A stretch of 64,000 bases of DNA from assembly GCA_051294905.1 (NCBI GenBank), contig CM119371.1, positions 22,074,001 through 22,138,000 of the forward strand, given 5' to 3'. This DNA comes from Botryllus schlosseri (taxonomy: Eukaryota). Below the pieces are notes generated by a model. The model was given only the letters and a program-made list of their open reading frames with translations. It did not search any database and was not told the DNA's origin. A program made the translations under genes and the position numbers. Positions 63,944 to 64,000 of this stretch are shown one piece after another (position 1 is the stretch's first letter; each line of letters begins with the position of its first letter).

Positions 63944-64000
63944 ATATGCGATTGATAAGGCCTGTCGTTGATGTGATGAATTAGCGAGGATTGCCGCCCG

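Overview
Eukaryotic, AT-rich metazoan genomic DNA, apparently invertebrate; the taxon cannot be fixed from the sequence. The window is a tandem cluster of about 16 co-oriented (all minus-strand) multi-finger C2H2 zinc-finger genes, pseudogenes and relics. Each has an uninterrupted finger-coding exon, no recognisable effector domain (KRAB/SCAN/BTB/ZAD/SET), a non-canonical TG(V/I/F/L)KN linker, a family-specific N-terminal finger pair and a conserved splice acceptor about 100-140 nt upstream of the ATG. Five long ORFs look potentially functional (7163-8335, 18501-19949, 30432-32126, 43983-45746, 49616-50545). The others are frameshifted, truncated or decayed. The cluster grew by multi-kb segmental duplication and finger-block shuffling. 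It is densely invaded by DNA transposons: a near-intact hATm-type element (22343-26033) nested in a hAT MITE, many hAT/Buster MITEs with 8-bp TSDs, piggyBac- and Kolobok-like TTAA elements, a Chapaev3-like fossil, Tc2/pogo-like MITEs and tRNA-derived SINEs. A head-to-head TTAGGG/CCCTAA-rich foldback sits at a junction where two ZNF genes are broken. All family assignments come from motif recognition by eye, not from database searches.
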